From Calcarisporiella thermophila CBS 279.70 (lineage: Eukaryota; Fungi; Calcarisporiellomycota): 64,000 bases of DNA. The stretch lies in the NCBI RefSeq assembly GCF_041956535.1, contig NW_027192205.1, positions 124,001 through 188,000 on the forward strand, given 5' to 3'. Position numbers and translations under genes: made by a program. The notes under the pieces were generated by a model, which worked only from the letters and a program-made list of their open reading frames with translations, had not been told where the DNA came from and did no database searches. Shown piece by piece: positions 63,461 to 64,000 of the stretch (position 1 is its first letter; the number at the start of each line of letters is the position of its first letter).

Positions 63461-64000
63461 CTTCCCCCCTATAATCTACAAGTTCCAATATGTATACACC
63501 TCTCTATTTTCTTCCATTTACCCTCCTTTTTTTTTTGCTAAATTTCGTTTTTATCCTACCTCTCAATGCACCCCTCCGTTCTTTTCCCCCTCCCCTAGCC
63601 TCAACTTAATCGCTAATGTTTTTGCTCTCTTTCGCTCCTTCGAGAGATACAACATTCTCCCGATCTAGTCTCCTGAAAGTTGCTTCAATTCGACTTAATA
63701 TTTATAGCATTCTCGTCAATTCTTGTATATTTCTTCTCTCCTGTAGCAGGAGGAATGCGACTTTTTTTTTCACTTTTCTCCCTTATTCCAGTTTCATTTT
63801 TTGTTATTGGAAATAAATACACCTTGCTCAACCATAGGTGATAAATGGCCCTCATCATTATTCGGAATAAATAAATATGGTAATGTAGCGAGTTTAGTTG
63901 GAATAGAGGAAAAATGAAAAAAAGAACTTCCTATATCCACACAGAGGAAACAGAGAGGCGATATCTGGAACAGACGAAGAGAGGGAAATAACTTATAACT

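Overview
Eukaryotic, intron-rich fungal DNA with short GT-AG and some GC-AG introns. The gene content suggests an early-diverging lineage, plausibly Zoopagomycota/Entomophthoromycotina (inference only). Bases 1-9.5 kb are an AT-rich, rearranged duplication block: acyl-CoA thioesterase II copies (two gapped genes, one pseudogene, one captured fragment) plus a short-chain dehydrogenase (one intact, one broken). The rest is gene-dense: sorbitol/xylitol dehydrogenase, pepsin-like protease, Ctr copper transporter, NIMA kinase, Cdc12 septin, NEDD8-E1 regulatory subunit, MFS transporter, tandem DsbA/GST-kappa protein, Crz1-like zinc finger, a Crinkler-like pseudogene, a small Cys-rich secreted protein, CASP/Coy1, Vps37, Kin1 kinase, phenolic acid decarboxylase, a Zn2Cys6 factor and a TM-SH3 protein. 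The standout is a 9-exon minus-strand gene (24770-21901, about 743 aa) in which a cAMP-receptor-like 7TM GPCR is fused in frame to a complete LaeA-like SAM-dependent methyltransferase. Two stand-alone paralogs of the same receptor lie about 20 kb away and serve as internal controls. All exon boundaries and family assignments were read by eye; no database searches were run.
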